From Syntrophorhabdaceae bacterium (GTDB lineage: Bacteria > Desulfobacterota > Syntrophorhabdia > Syntrophorhabdales > Syntrophorhabdaceae): a DNA stretch of 64,000 nucleotides. The position numbers and the translations under genes were made by a program. The stretch lies in assembly GCA_963665295.1 (NCBI GenBank), contig OY762209.1:2336001-2400000 (forward strand), read 5' to 3'. The stretch's first letter is position 1. Each line of letters opens with the position of its first letter. Under the pieces are notes generated by a model. That model was given only the letters and a program-made list of their open reading frames with translations, searched no databases and was not told the DNA's origin. Shown here in pieces: positions 39,432 to 49,426 of this stretch.

Positions 39432-41090
39432 TCATTTGATCGTAAAAGTGACCTTTGACGACTTCAACAACTTGCTTGCCTGTGTTTCAACGTGTACTTT
39501 GGCCTTACCGGCCGCGGTCAGCATGGCTCCTGTCACGGGGACCCGGAGTTCGGTGCCGGATATGCGGGTCACGGGAAGTTCCGTGACGGCATTGTTGAAG
39601 GTCCACCAGACCTTCGAAACAGGGACAAAGTTCTTGCCGGTAAGGGTCAGAATGAAAGGGGCGCCATTCACGGCAGCGCCGGTCGGGTTCAGTTTGCTCA
39701 ATGACGGGGCGGGGTAGGTATAAGCGAAGGTTTTGCCTGCCGATTCGCCACCGCCGTGAGGGTTGAAAACCGTAATGACCGCGCTTCCCTCGGTAGCGAT
39801 CCTGTCGGCGGTAATCACCGCGGTCAGTTTGCCGGCATTTACGTAGGTCGTGCCCAGGGCATCACCGTTCCAGCGCACGATTGCGTCGGCGGCAAAGTTC
39901 TTGCCCTTTGCCGTCAATGTCACACTCGTGCCCAGGCCTGCCGTCTGGCTCTTGGTGGGAGAAATGCCGCTCAATGTGGTGCGCGGCGCTGCCTTGCGCT
40001 GCGCCCGGATCGCGGCAACCATCTGGTCCGCGTAATCGTGCCGGGAGTATGCGTATTCGGCCTTGTTGCCCGAATCCTTCTGAAATCCCCAGGTGTGGAT
40101 AAAGTTGAAGGCTGCCTCTTTAAGGGTGGGAGCGCCGAACATATTGCTCAGCGGAGCGTTCCAGTCAATGGCGTAATATTTTCCTTCCCTGGCGTAGCTG
40201 CGCTCCACCAGTTCATCATAAACGGCTTTGGCCGCATCGTCGCTGCGGTCCGTTCCGGTCCCCGCGCCGAATTCCTGTCCATGTTCATCATCATTAGAGG
40301 GACTCTGCGGATTATAGAAACAGGACCTCGGTTCCCGTGTCTTGAGTATGGTGTGGGTGCCCCATATCCCCGGCAGGGCAGGGGTCATGGCGAACAGGTC
40401 TTCCATGCAGGCGCGGTGGGAGACTGAATCGGCCAGACAATGGATATATGTGGCAAAAGCCTCGAGGGAACCGGCGACAATGCCCGTCTCGATGGTGACA
40501 GGCATCTGATAGCGGCAGTCGGCATCGATCACCTGGTCGGTGGGGGAGCCCCAGGCGTAGGCCGCGTAACCCACCAGGGTCGGGTTTTCTCCCGAGGCCC
40601 ATTTGCGGAGGTTTTCCAATTCGCCGTTATCAGTGCGCGGAAAATGGAAAAAAGGAGAGAACACGCCGAAGCGGCTGGTCGTGCAGGCAAGACCATCGTA
40701 AGTATTGGCGCTTTTCGGCCAGACAACCGCCCCTGCCCCCTTTCCCGTGGGACAGACCGCGGGGTCGTCCGGATCGGGAGACCCGGGGAAAACCCCGAGA
40801 CAATTGTGATGGCTCACTTCCGCCCCTATGCCGAACATCTCGGAATCGACAAGCTGATCCCAGGTCAGGATCCGGGCCGCGTCATCATCGGAAAAACCCG
40901 CGGCGAGGGCCAGCGCGTAGGCCAGGTCGGTATGAATCGAACTGACCTCTTCATCCGTCACCTCACCTGTCCAGGGATCCCTGAAGTGGAGGGCTTCTTC
41001 GGCAAAGCCCCAGACCATGGGAACGTTTATCGGTACAAACAACGCAAGAACCGCAACCAGGGCGATACGACGGATAAGCATATTCTTCAT
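39432..41090 (-). CDS. Secreted protein: DUF6765/phospholipase C-P1 nuclease-like domain plus two Ig-like IPT/TIG domains
   Basis: Signal peptide; H.DLAYALALAAGFS, QLVD, FFHFP, YIHCLADSVSH, HG; C-terminal P.L..xNP...LTxxGKNF repeats. Confidence 0.7.
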   Translation of the reverse strand: MKNMLIRRIALVAVLALFVPINVPMVWGFAEEALHFRDPWTGEVTDEEVSSIHTDLAYALALAAGFSDDDAARILTWDQLVDSEMFGIGAEVSHHNCLGVFPGSPDPDDPAVCPTGKGAGAVVWPKSANTYDGLACTTSRFGVFSPFFHFPRTDNGELENLRKWASGENPTLVGYAAYAWGSPTDQVIDADCRYQMPVTIETGIVAGSLEAFATYIHCLADSVSHRACMEDLFAMTPALPGIWGTHTILKTREPRSCFYNPQSPSNDDEHGQEFGAGTGTDRSDDAAKAVYDELVERSYAREGKYYAIDWNAPLSNMFGAPTLKEAAFNFIHTWGFQKDSGNKAEYAYSRHDYADQMVAAIRAQRKAAPRTTLSGISPTKSQTAGLGTSVTLTAKGKNFAADAIVRWNGDALGTTYVNAGKLTAVITADRIATEGSAVITVFNPHGGGESAGKTFAYTYPAPSLSKLNPTGAAVNGAPFILTLTGKNFVPVSKVWWTFNNAVTELPVTRISGTELRVPVTGAMLTAAGKAKVHVETQASKLLKSSKVTFTIK

Positions 41091-41322
41091 GACGGCCTCC
41101 CCAATGACCCGAAGGAATTTGATTGAGATTATACCGAAAATTACCACAAGAATACCGGATTCTCAATAGGAACTTCCGACGGTTTTAGAACGGAACAGGT
41201 CTTTGCGGTACGGCAGGGAGCGGAAAATCAGGTTGCAATAGGCTGGATTTGTACTATTATTGATAGTAGACGGCAACGAGTCGTCAGGCTGCCCCTGTGC
41301 CATGGCCTGAAGAAGGATTGGA

Positions 41323-44196
41323 ATGAGACGAAAGAAGAAAGAAACCGTGGAGTTTGATGGCGAGGAACATCCATTGGGACTTGTGGCGATCGTCCTCGTA
41401 GCTCCCGACGGTTCCCTTACCTCCATCGATTCCCGTCTCAAGGAACTCCTTAAATGCAGTTTTGAGAATATCCTTAGCGAAAAGGACTGGGAAAAGACAA
41501 CCGGCGAGTCTCTCCCTCAAGAGACCCACGTGGCCACGTGGATAGAAGAGATGCAACGCGCCCTTCCGGGGCAGTGGCAGTCGGGGAGCACCACGGTTGT
41601 ATGCAGAGACGGCGGCCGCAAGCTGATCGATTTCGCGGCGGTGAAGATGCCGTCAGGTGAGACTCTCACGATTTTCGAAGACGTTGCGGGACACAAGAAG
41701 ATAGAACGGCTGATCCTGCGGAGCAGGGACATGCTCCGGTCGGTTTCGGACAACATGCCGGACTTGATCTGGGCGAAGGATATGGAAGGCCGTTTCCTTT
41801 TCGTAAATAAGGCCATGTGCGACGTGCTCCTGAAATGTGACACTCCTGCGGAGGCGGTAGGGAAGACGGACCTGTACTTTGCCAAGAGGATCAAGCGGGC
41901 AGGATATAGGCATGATTTCGGCGAAATGTGCGTGAACAGCGACCAGGCGGTCCATGCTTCGGTAACGGCGCAAAAATTCGAAGAATACGGCTATATTAAA
42001 GGGGAATTTGTCTATCTCGAGGTTTATAAAGCACCTCTTCTCGATGGCCGGGGGAGTATGATCGGCACCGTAGGCTGCGGCAGGGACATTACGGACCGGA
42101 AAAGGGCCGAAGAATACCTGAGGGAGTCAGAGGAGCGTTACAGGACCGCTATCGAGCACTCGAACGACGGTGTGGCGATCGTGAGCGGCTCCTCCCATCA
42201 TTACGTCAACAAGAGGTACCTCGAAATGTTCGGGTACGAAAGCATGGAGGACTTCAAGGGACTGCCTCCGTTCTTTACGGTCCATCCCGATGACCGGGAG
42301 TGGGTGACAAAGCTCAGTCTGGCGAGAAAACGGGGGAAGCCCGTCCCCTCGATATATGAGTTCAAAGGCATAAAGAAAGACGGTACCGTGACCTTTATTC
42401 AAGCCTCGGTGGCAACCATCAGTTACCGGGGAGAGCCGGCATCCCTTGCCTACCTGAGGGACATTACGGACAGGAAACGTTCGGAGGAAGCGGTCAGGGA
42501 AAGGGAAGAGACGATCCGGGCCCTCATCAACGCATCCACGGACGCCACTTTCTCCGCCCTCGTCAACGGGACAATCCTCGCGGCGAATGAGACTCTCGCG
42601 AGGAGACTCGGGAGCACCGTGGAGGAGGTTCTGGGAACCTGTATCTTCGATTATTGGCCGGAAGACCTTGCCCGCTCCAGGAAGGCCACGGTGGAGAAAA
42701 TGATCCGGTCGAAACATCCTGTCCAGTTTGAAGACCAACGGGACAACCTGTGGTTCGAGAACAGTCTTTACCCCATTCTGGATGCGGGGGGCGAGGTGAA
42801 AAAGATTGCGGTCTTCAGCAGGGATATTACGGAACGAAAGAGGGTCGCGGAAGCCCTGGCAGCGAGTGAGCGGCAATACAGGGACCTCGTGGATAACGCG
42901 CCGGTGGGTGTATTCAAGACGAACATCGCGGGTGATATCCTTTTCTGTAATGACGGCTGGGCAAGAATATACGGGTATAAGACGGCTGCGGAGATCATGT
43001 CCGCCAATGCGGTGACCCTGTATACGGATCCCGCGCAAAGAAACGAGTTTGTCCGAAGGCTGAAAGAAGAGACTATGATCTCGGATTATGAGAAGGAATA
43101 CGTCACGAAAGATGGAAAGTCCGTCCACGTGCTTGTAAGCGCCACCCTTGAGGGAGACGTCATATCCGGGGTGGCGGTCAATATTACGGACAGGAAGATT
43201 GCCGAAAGGGCGCTCCGGGAGTCGGAGGAGAAATATCGTAATATTTTCGACAACGCAGTAGAGGGCATTTTTCAGAGCGCCCCCGGGGGCCGCCTTCTCA
43301 AGGGTAATCGCGCCCTTGCCCAGATGCTCGGCTTTGACTCCCCTGACGCCATGATGGATACTTATACAGACCTGCCTAACCAAGTCTACGTGATCCCCGG
43401 GGAAAGTGCGCGGTTCAGGGCTACCCTGGAACGGGACGGTTCGATCCAGGGGTTCGAAACGAAGTTTTGCAGGAAGGACGGGAAAGAAATATGGGTTTCC
43501 ATTAATGCCCGGACCGTGCGGGACGGGGCTGGCGATATGCAGTACTTCGAGGGATTTGTCGAGAACATTACGGACCGGAAAAGGGCCGAGTCGGAACTCA
43601 GGGAAAGCGTGGTGAAGCTGAATAAACGGTTGACGGAGACGATCCACGCCATGTCCGTGACGGTGGAAACGAGAGACCCCTACACAGCGGGGCACCAGAA
43701 AAGGGTAGCCGGCCTTGCGGTGAAGATTGCGAGGGAGATGGGCCTGCCGGAAGACACCATCGAGTGCATCAGGATGGCGGGCATTATCCACGACATCGGG
43801 AAGATGTCCGTGCCCGCGGAAATCCTGAGCAAGCCCACACAACTGAAGGATGTGGAGATGAGCATCATGCAGGTCCATGCGGAAAAGGGGTATGATATTC
43901 TTAAAGAGATCGAGTTTCCGTGGCCCCTTGCCGATATCGTCCTCCAGCATCACGAAAGGCTCGATGGTTCGGGCTATCCCAGGGCGTTGACAGGCGACCG
44001 GATTCTCACGGAGGCGAAAATACTGGCCGTTGCCGACGTGGTGGAATCCATGGTGTCTCACAGGCCTTACAGGCCCGCCCACTCGATGGATGAGGCCGTC
44101 ACGGAGATCGTAAGTAACCGGGGAGTCCTTTATGATCCTCTTGTTGTCGATGCGTGTATGAGGGTCATAGGACGTGAAGGTTTCGACTTCGATTGA
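41323..44196 (+). CDS. Multi-PAS HD-GYP c-di-GMP phosphodiesterase
   Basis: Five to six PAS/PAC modules ending DITxRK; DPYTAGHQ, IHDIGK, HHERLDGSGYP, HRPYRP. Confidence 0.93.
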   Translation: MRRKKKETVEFDGEEHPLGLVAIVLVAPDGSLTSIDSRLKELLKCSFENILSEKDWEKTTGESLPQETHVATWIEEMQRALPGQWQSGSTTVVCRDGGRKLIDFAAVKMPSGETLTIFEDVAGHKKIERLILRSRDMLRSVSDNMPDLIWAKDMEGRFLFVNKAMCDVLLKCDTPAEAVGKTDLYFAKRIKRAGYRHDFGEMCVNSDQAVHASVTAQKFEEYGYIKGEFVYLEVYKAPLLDGRGSMIGTVGCGRDITDRKRAEEYLRESEERYRTAIEHSNDGVAIVSGSSHHYVNKRYLEMFGYESMEDFKGLPPFFTVHPDDREWVTKLSLARKRGKPVPSIYEFKGIKKDGTVTFIQASVATISYRGEPASLAYLRDITDRKRSEEAVREREETIRALINASTDATFSALVNGTILAANETLARRLGSTVEEVLGTCIFDYWPEDLARSRKATVEKMIRSKHPVQFEDQRDNLWFENSLYPILDAGGEVKKIAVFSRDITERKRVAEALAASERQYRDLVDNAPVGVFKTNIAGDILFCNDGWARIYGYKTAAEIMSANAVTLYTDPAQRNEFVRRLKEETMISDYEKEYVTKDGKSVHVLVSATLEGDVISGVAVNITDRKIAERALRESEEKYRNIFDNAVEGIFQSAPGGRLLKGNRALAQMLGFDSPDAMMDTYTDLPNQVYVIPGESARFRATLERDGSIQGFETKFCRKDGKEIWVSINARTVRDGAGDMQYFEGFVENITDRKRAESELRESVVKLNKRLTETIHAMSVTVETRDPYTAGHQKRVAGLAVKIAREMGLPEDTIECIRMAGIIHDIGKMSVPAEILSKPTQLKDVEMSIMQVHAEKGYDILKEIEFPWPLADIVLQHHERLDGSGYPRALTGDRILTEAKILAVADVVESMVSHRPYRPAHSMDEAVTEIVSNRGVLYDPLVVDACMRVIGREGFDFD

Positions 44197-44654
44197 CGGA
44201 CGGCCCCGCGCTCCCTTTAAATCTCTTTACATTACTGTCCGCTCTGTATTATTATGACCCTAAGGCTATCCCTCATGGTACGCTCAAAATCTGCATGGCA
44301 CTTAATCTCAATCCTCCTACTCATCCTGTTCCTGATGGCTGTCAGGCCTCTGAAAACGCCGGTATGGCAGGAGTTGTCGCCCGTTGACCAGCGGTCGTCA
44401 TGGGGAGAAAACGGGACGGACTTTGTTTTCCTCAGCCGTTCAACGAGTACGGCCGAACCGCATTTTGAAGAGACGACTTCCGCCTTGCCCGCCCAGGCCT
44501 CCAGCGCTGTGTCTCCGATTTGCGCTCACCATATATCCAGGGCCCCTCCTGTTTTTGTGTAGCGGGATCGTTCCGTATCGGAAGATCAATGTACGACCGG
44601 AAGTTGAGGAGTCCGGCCGGGCACTCCGCAGTTATTTGAAGGAGGTAAGGACCA

Positions 44655-45083
44655 ATGAAGAAATTGTTCATTTTTACCGTCTTAATGTTTACCGGAGTTT
44701 TATCCGGCATGAACCTTCACGCCCAGTCGGTTACGGCGGAGAAGGGCATCGACGGAGGCGGGACAGTGGCGAAAGCAGCAAGGACGATGCCGGAGACGAG
44801 ACGTTTCATCGGCACCGTGGTCTCCCTCGATATGCAGGGGCAGACCCTCATCGCAAGGACGCGGAAAGGAGAAACAGCCTTTGATACGTCCGTGGCCCGG
44901 TTTCCCGGGTCCATGACCCCGGGGGATTTGAAACCCGGTGAAAAGGTGCTTGTGAGGTATGTTGAAGAAGACGGCAGGAAGGTGGCGAAGGCCATTCTGA
45001 CCACCCGTGTGAAACCTGACCGGGAGAAAGCCGTATGGACGGGCCACGAGGCCGTGCAACCGTCCGGCACGCCCGACAATTGA
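44655..45083 (+). CDS. Secreted OB-fold-like hypothetical protein
   Basis: GGAGG RBS, signal peptide, GTVVSLD...DLKPGEKVLVRY....KVAKAI. Confidence 0.75.
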   Translation: MKKLFIFTVLMFTGVLSGMNLHAQSVTAEKGIDGGGTVAKAARTMPETRRFIGTVVSLDMQGQTLIARTRKGETAFDTSVARFPGSMTPGDLKPGEKVLVRYVEEDGRKVAKAILTTRVKPDREKAVWTGHEAVQPSGTPDN

Positions 45084-45187
45084 TGAGACCGGCTGCCGGG
45101 GGAGAGGGAAGAAAAGCCGGTCAGGAGAATGGAAATAGCGAGGCAAACTTGAATCTTTACGAAAATACAAAAAAGAGGAGAATTACC

Positions 45188-45805
45188 GTGAAAAGAATGA
45201 TTGTAGTCCTTGTATCCCTGTTTCTTGTTTCATGCGCGGTGGGACCCGTGCATATGGCGAAAACCGAGGAAGAAAGCATAAAGAACTCCTATGACGAAGT
45301 GCAGTTGAAGAGCCTCTATGATAAGAACAAACCGTTGCTCCGCGACATCTACTCAAGGCTGAGGTCGTCCAATATCAATGTCTACCGGGAAGGGATCGGC
45401 TTTACCACTCTTCGCGACCCGTCCCAGAAAGGTCATTTTTATCTCATGGTCAATATCAGGCCGCCGGAGATAGTCTTTGACGAGAGCACCTCCAAGCCGG
45501 AAGAGAGATTCTCCAAGGTAATGGGGACATACTTCGAAAAGTACCTGACCTATGTGAAGAAGAGCGATCTCGATGCGAGCGGTACGGAGGGCCTGTCTCT
45601 CGGCGTGTACTGGCCGGTGAGAGACTATTCACAGTGCAGGGAGAATGGCGGATTCCTCGAATACGTTATCGTCTATTTCTCGAAGGATGATTTGAACAAC
45701 ATATATGAGCACCGAAAGAGCTTCAAAGACGTGGCCTCTCAGGCGGAAGTGATTGCGAGCCTTGACCTCAAGGCGCCCACGTACATGAAGCCTGTATACC
45801 GCTGA
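45188..45805 (+). CDS. Putative lipoprotein
   Basis: GAGGAG RBS, GTG start, lipobox LVSC. Confidence 0.78.
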   Translation: MKRMIVVLVSLFLVSCAVGPVHMAKTEEESIKNSYDEVQLKSLYDKNKPLLRDIYSRLRSSNINVYREGIGFTTLRDPSQKGHFYLMVNIRPPEIVFDESTSKPEERFSKVMGTYFEKYLTYVKKSDLDASGTEGLSLGVYWPVRDYSQCRENGGFLEYVIVYFSKDDLNNIYEHRKSFKDVASQAEVIASLDLKAPTYMKPVYR

Positions 45806-46003
45806 CGAAACTGCGTTTGTTTCCTCACCACGCACCCTTCCGGAAAGGCATATCGCCGCCGGACCGGGGCTGTGAGGACTCCTCAGGATGAGTGCCCGGG
45901 GTGGGGGCGGGGGTATCCCGTCCGCACCCCGCGGGCCGCACGATATTTTTGTGGAAAAAAACTTAACTTATCGGGCGGGGAATGCGATTACATATAACAT
46001 AAG

Positions 46004-46678
46004 ATGATAATCAAGCCGGGACTTAATATTAGGATCGTGACGGATATAGACCTGACGAAGGAAAGAATTCACGTCAGGAGTTCCATTATCTATGATACGA
46101 AAGGCTCCACCATAACCATTGCCCAGACGGACCCGCCCGTCCTGAAATCGACACTCCGCAAAGAAGTGGTGATAACCTACCTGGTACACGACAAGAAGGG
46201 GCCTGTTCGGTACGGCTTTCCCGCCTTGGTGACCGGATTTGTGGACAATTACAAATTGAGTTCCTCCAATGAGGTGAGGGCGGTAACCGTCTCACGGAGG
46301 ACCGAGGCCCAGCCGTACAGTATACGAATGTTTTATCGCGTGGAACCCACGGGCAAGAGCAAGCTTTCCATGACGATCTACGACAAGGAAGTCAATCTCC
46401 TCGACGTATCCCTGGGCGGCGCAAGGTTCAGTCACGACAAGCGTCTCAACCTGGAAGACAACGCCATGGTGGAGGCATACATCAATGTAGATGGAGCGAC
46501 CCATGTGCTCGAGGGCAGGATACTCAGGGTGTGGGACGGGGAGAACGAACGGTTCAGAGGGGAACTGGGATTTGCCGCCATCGAATTTGTGAACATGAAT
46601 AAAGCGCTGGAGCACGCCCTCTCCCGAAAGATAAGGGAAATAGAGCGGGAGAGCCGTTTCAATGAGGTCTTTCCGTAA
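46004..46678 (+). CDS. PilZ-domain (YcgR-like) c-di-GMP receptor
   Basis: RMFYR (RxxxR) and DVSLGG (DxSxGG) motifs. Confidence 0.85.
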   Translation: MIIKPGLNIRIVTDIDLTKERIHVRSSIIYDTKGSTITIAQTDPPVLKSTLRKEVVITYLVHDKKGPVRYGFPALVTGFVDNYKLSSSNEVRAVTVSRRTEAQPYSIRMFYRVEPTGKSKLSMTIYDKEVNLLDVSLGGARFSHDKRLNLEDNAMVEAYINVDGATHVLEGRILRVWDGENERFRGELGFAAIEFVNMNKALEHALSRKIREIERESRFNEVFP

Positions 46679-46691
46679 GCGAGGAGGATAG

Positions 46692-47207
46692 ATGGGAGAT
46701 GTGCGGGAGATAGTACATATAGGCCACCCGGTGCTGAGGAAGAAAGCGCTGCCGGTGGAGTCCGTGGAGTCGCCCGAAATCCAGCGCCTGATAGAGGATT
46801 TGAACGCCACCCTTGCGGAGGCAGAGGGAGTGGGGATAGCCGCCCCTCAGACGGGCGTTTCCCTCCGCCTTTTTATCATCACTTCGAGACCCGACCCCGA
46901 GGGTCCCGATATGCCGGAAATGGAGTCTACGGCCATCATCAACCCTCGTATTATTACCCATTCGTCTGTAATCGTAAAGGATTGGGAAGGTTGCCTGAGC
47001 GTGCCGGGCATCAGGGGGCTGGTCCCCAGGTTCGAATCAATTACCGTCGAGTACCAGTTGAGAGACGGCAGGACGGAAGAGAGGGAATTCACCGGCTTTG
47101 TCGCGAGGGTATTTCAGCATGAGTACGATCACCTTGAAGGTCTTGTCTATCTTGACCGCCTGGAAAGCGTAAAAGACATCATTTCTGAAATATATTGTGG
47201 GGAATAA
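46692..47207 (+). CDS. def: Peptide deformylase
   Basis: GVGIAAPQ, EGCLS, QHEYDHL. Confidence 0.96.
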   Translation: MGDVREIVHIGHPVLRKKALPVESVESPEIQRLIEDLNATLAEAEGVGIAAPQTGVSLRLFIITSRPDPEGPDMPEMESTAIINPRIITHSSVIVKDWEGCLSVPGIRGLVPRFESITVEYQLRDGRTEEREFTGFVARVFQHEYDHLEGLVYLDRLESVKDIISEIYCGE

Positions 47208-47275
47208 TATCTCAAAACGAGACTTATCTTGTATAGAGAGGCGACTTCTGTTAAAATGCCTCCAGGAAAAACGCA

Positions 47276-47494
47276 ATGTTAGAGAAATTTTTCTCCGGAT
47301 TGTCGGAGCACGACAAATATGAGATTACAAGCTGGGCGTTCAGCTATTTCATGACGAGCAATCTCACGGTTTCGGACTGCGTGGCGAAAGCCATCCAGCA
47401 CATCAAGCCCAACAAGGTGAAAGAAGACGGTACGCTGAAGATACCGAGGTCCACCTTCATAGAATTACAACTACGGGTAAAGAACATGCTTTAA
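47276..47494 (+). CDS. Hypothetical protein (72 aa)
   Basis: Compact ORF with host-like codon usage; fills the gap between def and a convergent gene. Confidence 0.65.
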   Translation: MLEKFFSGLSEHDKYEITSWAFSYFMTSNLTVSDCVAKAIQHIKPNKVKEDGTLKIPRSTFIELQLRVKNML

Positions 47495-47556
47495 TCCGGT
47501 TCACCGGTTTTTTCCCGGTGTGCCCCGAGTCCTCCCCTCCGTGAATCAGAACGGGA

Positions 47557-47955
47557 TCAAGCCCTTGGATTGGTCCTTTCAATCCAGAGCTTGATGTGCG
47601 CGCATTCCCACGGCACGGTATCGCAGCAACCCGACTCATCCTTTCTCTCGCTGCAGTTGGCGCAGATCCGCCAATGTCCGCAGGTAACGGTGGTGATCAG
47701 GTGGGTGTCGCATTCGAGGCACCAGACATAGCCGCAGGCGACGCAGAGACCCACGGTGGGGTCGGCGATCCCCGCTATTTCATGGCAATCCACGGTATCA
47801 TGCTCGCCGCACCTCGGACAGCGCCTGATTACCGCGCTTCCGCCCCGCCTCGCGTCGGTGATGAGGATATCCACGGCCTCCTTGAGAGCCGCCTGTATTT
47901 CGAAGGGCATCAACTCCCACATGTCGTGAAGATGCCCTCTGTCGATCTTCGCCAT
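47557..47955 (-). CDS. Cys-rich putative zinc-binding protein
   Basis: Several CxxC motifs (CPRC, CVAC, CLEC, CANC); GGAGG RBS. Confidence 0.75.
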   Translation of the reverse strand: MAKIDRGHLHDMWELMPFEIQAALKEAVDILITDARRGGSAVIRRCPRCGEHDTVDCHEIAGIADPTVGLCVACGYVWCLECDTHLITTVTCGHWRICANCSERKDESGCCDTVPWECAHIKLWIERTNPRA

Positions 47956-47997
47956 GGCTTAATCCTCCACTCGTTCGTTAAGACGTCTTCCACGTTG

Positions 47998-48906
47998 TCA
48001 TGGAGGACACTTGGCACATATTGACCTGAACTGCATGGTGCTCAGGTAACGGTCACCGCGGTCGGGCAGGATGACCACGATTGTCCCGTGATCCATTGCC
48101 TTCGCTTTCCGCAAAGCCACCGCCACGGCGGCCCCTGCCGACGTACCCACGAAGAGCCCTTCCTTCAACGCAAGAAGCTTTGTGGTTTCAAAGGCCTCTC
48201 CATCCTCGACCATGGCCTTTTCGCTCAGTTCGTCCGGGTGGTAGATGTGGGGGACCATTGATTCCGTCATATTCTTGAGACCCTGTATCGTATGTCCCAT
48301 TACGGGCTCGACACCTACTACCTGTACCTCGGGTTTGACCGATTTCAGATACCGGCCGGTCCCCATGATGGTCCCGGTGGTGCCCATCCCCGCGATGAGC
48401 ATGTCCACTTCGCCGTTGGTCTGCCGGTAAATCTCGGGTCCCGTAGTCTCGAAGTGGGCAAGGACATTGTCGTTGTTGTCATACTGGTTGGGCATGAAAT
48501 ACTTGTCCGGCTCCGCGTCGACGAGGGTCAGGGCCTTCTTTATGGCCCCGTCTATGTTCTCTTTCGCAGGGGTAAGGAAAACAAGTGATCCGAGTCCTTC
48601 AAGGATCAACCTCCTCTCCGTGCTCACGCATTCCGGCATGCAGAGTTCGACCTTGTACCCCTTTGCCGCGCCTATCATGGCGATGGCAATACCCGTGTTG
48701 CCGGATGTAGGCTCAAGGATTATCTTGTCTTTCGTGAGTTCTCCCCGTTCCTCGGCCTTAGTTATCATGTAAAGGGCGGGACGGTCTTTTACGGATCCAC
48801 CGGGATTGCACCCTTCGAGCTTACAGAGGATCTTTACCCGAGGGTTCGGGCTGAGGTTCATAAGCTCAACCAGGGGTGTGTTCCCTATGGCTGATAAGAC
48901 GTTCAT
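47998..48906 (-). CDS. PLP-dependent cysteine synthase (CysK/CysM family)
   Basis: IGNTPLV, NPGGSVKDR, PTSGNTG, GMGTTGT, PDRGDRYLS; GGAGG RBS before ATG 48906. Confidence 0.94.
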   Translation of the reverse strand: MNVLSAIGNTPLVELMNLSPNPRVKILCKLEGCNPGGSVKDRPALYMITKAEERGELTKDKIILEPTSGNTGIAIAMIGAAKGYKVELCMPECVSTERRLILEGLGSLVFLTPAKENIDGAIKKALTLVDAEPDKYFMPNQYDNNDNVLAHFETTGPEIYRQTNGEVDMLIAGMGTTGTIMGTGRYLKSVKPEVQVVGVEPVMGHTIQGLKNMTESMVPHIYHPDELSEKAMVEDGEAFETTKLLALKEGLFVGTSAGAAVAVALRKAKAMDHGTIVVILPDRGDRYLSTMQFRSICAKCPP

Positions 48907-49003
48907 AAAATAGCCTCCAAAAACTATACTTGACGCATGGTTAGAAAAGATTATCAGAATAATGGGTGTGAAACAAGGGCTATTTGATGGGCGGCCAGTC
49001 TCC

Positions 49004-49032
49004 TTGACAACCCGGGACATGGCACGTATAGT
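49004..49032 (+). promoter_or_regulatory. Putative sigma70 promoter
   Basis: TTGACA-N17-TATAGT upstream of the CMD gene. Confidence 0.6.
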
Positions 49033-49057
49033 TAGAACATCCAGAAAGGAGGCGGCC

Positions 49058-49372
49058 ATGAAGGATATCCATGAGATTTTTACGACAATGAAAGAAGAAT
49101 TCCCCATGGTGTACGACAGGTATGAGGCCCTGGGTGAGGAGATCCATGAAAAGTCGGGTCCCCTGCCGGAGAAAGTCCGATGGCTGATAAAGATTGCCGT
49201 GTCCGCCACCGGCGGCCACAGGCGGGCCCTTGAGACCCATATCGTCAAAGGGAGGGAAGCGGGTCTCACGGAAGCGGAGATCAAGCATGCCCTTCTCCTG
49301 CTGATCCCTACTGTGGGTTTTCCCGCTTTCATGGAGGCCTACGCCGTGCTGTGCGACACCCGCGCCGTCTGA
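49058..49372 (+). CDS. Carboxymuconolactone decarboxylase (CMD/AhpD-like) family protein
   Basis: GPLPEKVRWLIKIAVS..H...G.T.AEI.H.LLL..PTVGFP; AGGAGG RBS. Confidence 0.87.
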   Translation: MKDIHEIFTTMKEEFPMVYDRYEALGEEIHEKSGPLPEKVRWLIKIAVSATGGHRRALETHIVKGREAGLTEAEIKHALLLLIPTVGFPAFMEAYAVLCDTRAV

Positions 49373-49426
49373 AAGCGGGAGAGTCCGGCCGGCGCCGTTT
49401 GGGCACGGCCTTGGAAGACGGATATC

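Noticed and set aside
42127..44082. 651-aa minus-strand ORF, and similar long ORFs at 7997-9211, 16610-17914 and 51475-53319
   Set aside because: They lie opposite well-supported genes and are shadow frames.
44254..44562. 102-aa ORF ending SRAPPVFV
   Set aside because: No RBS or family motif beyond a terminal RAPP; it could be a real small protein or leader peptide, but the support is too weak to list.
48907..49332. N-terminal extension of the cysteine synthase ORF to 444 aa
   Set aside because: It overlaps the divergent CMD gene and promoter; the RBS and family alignment support a start at 48906.
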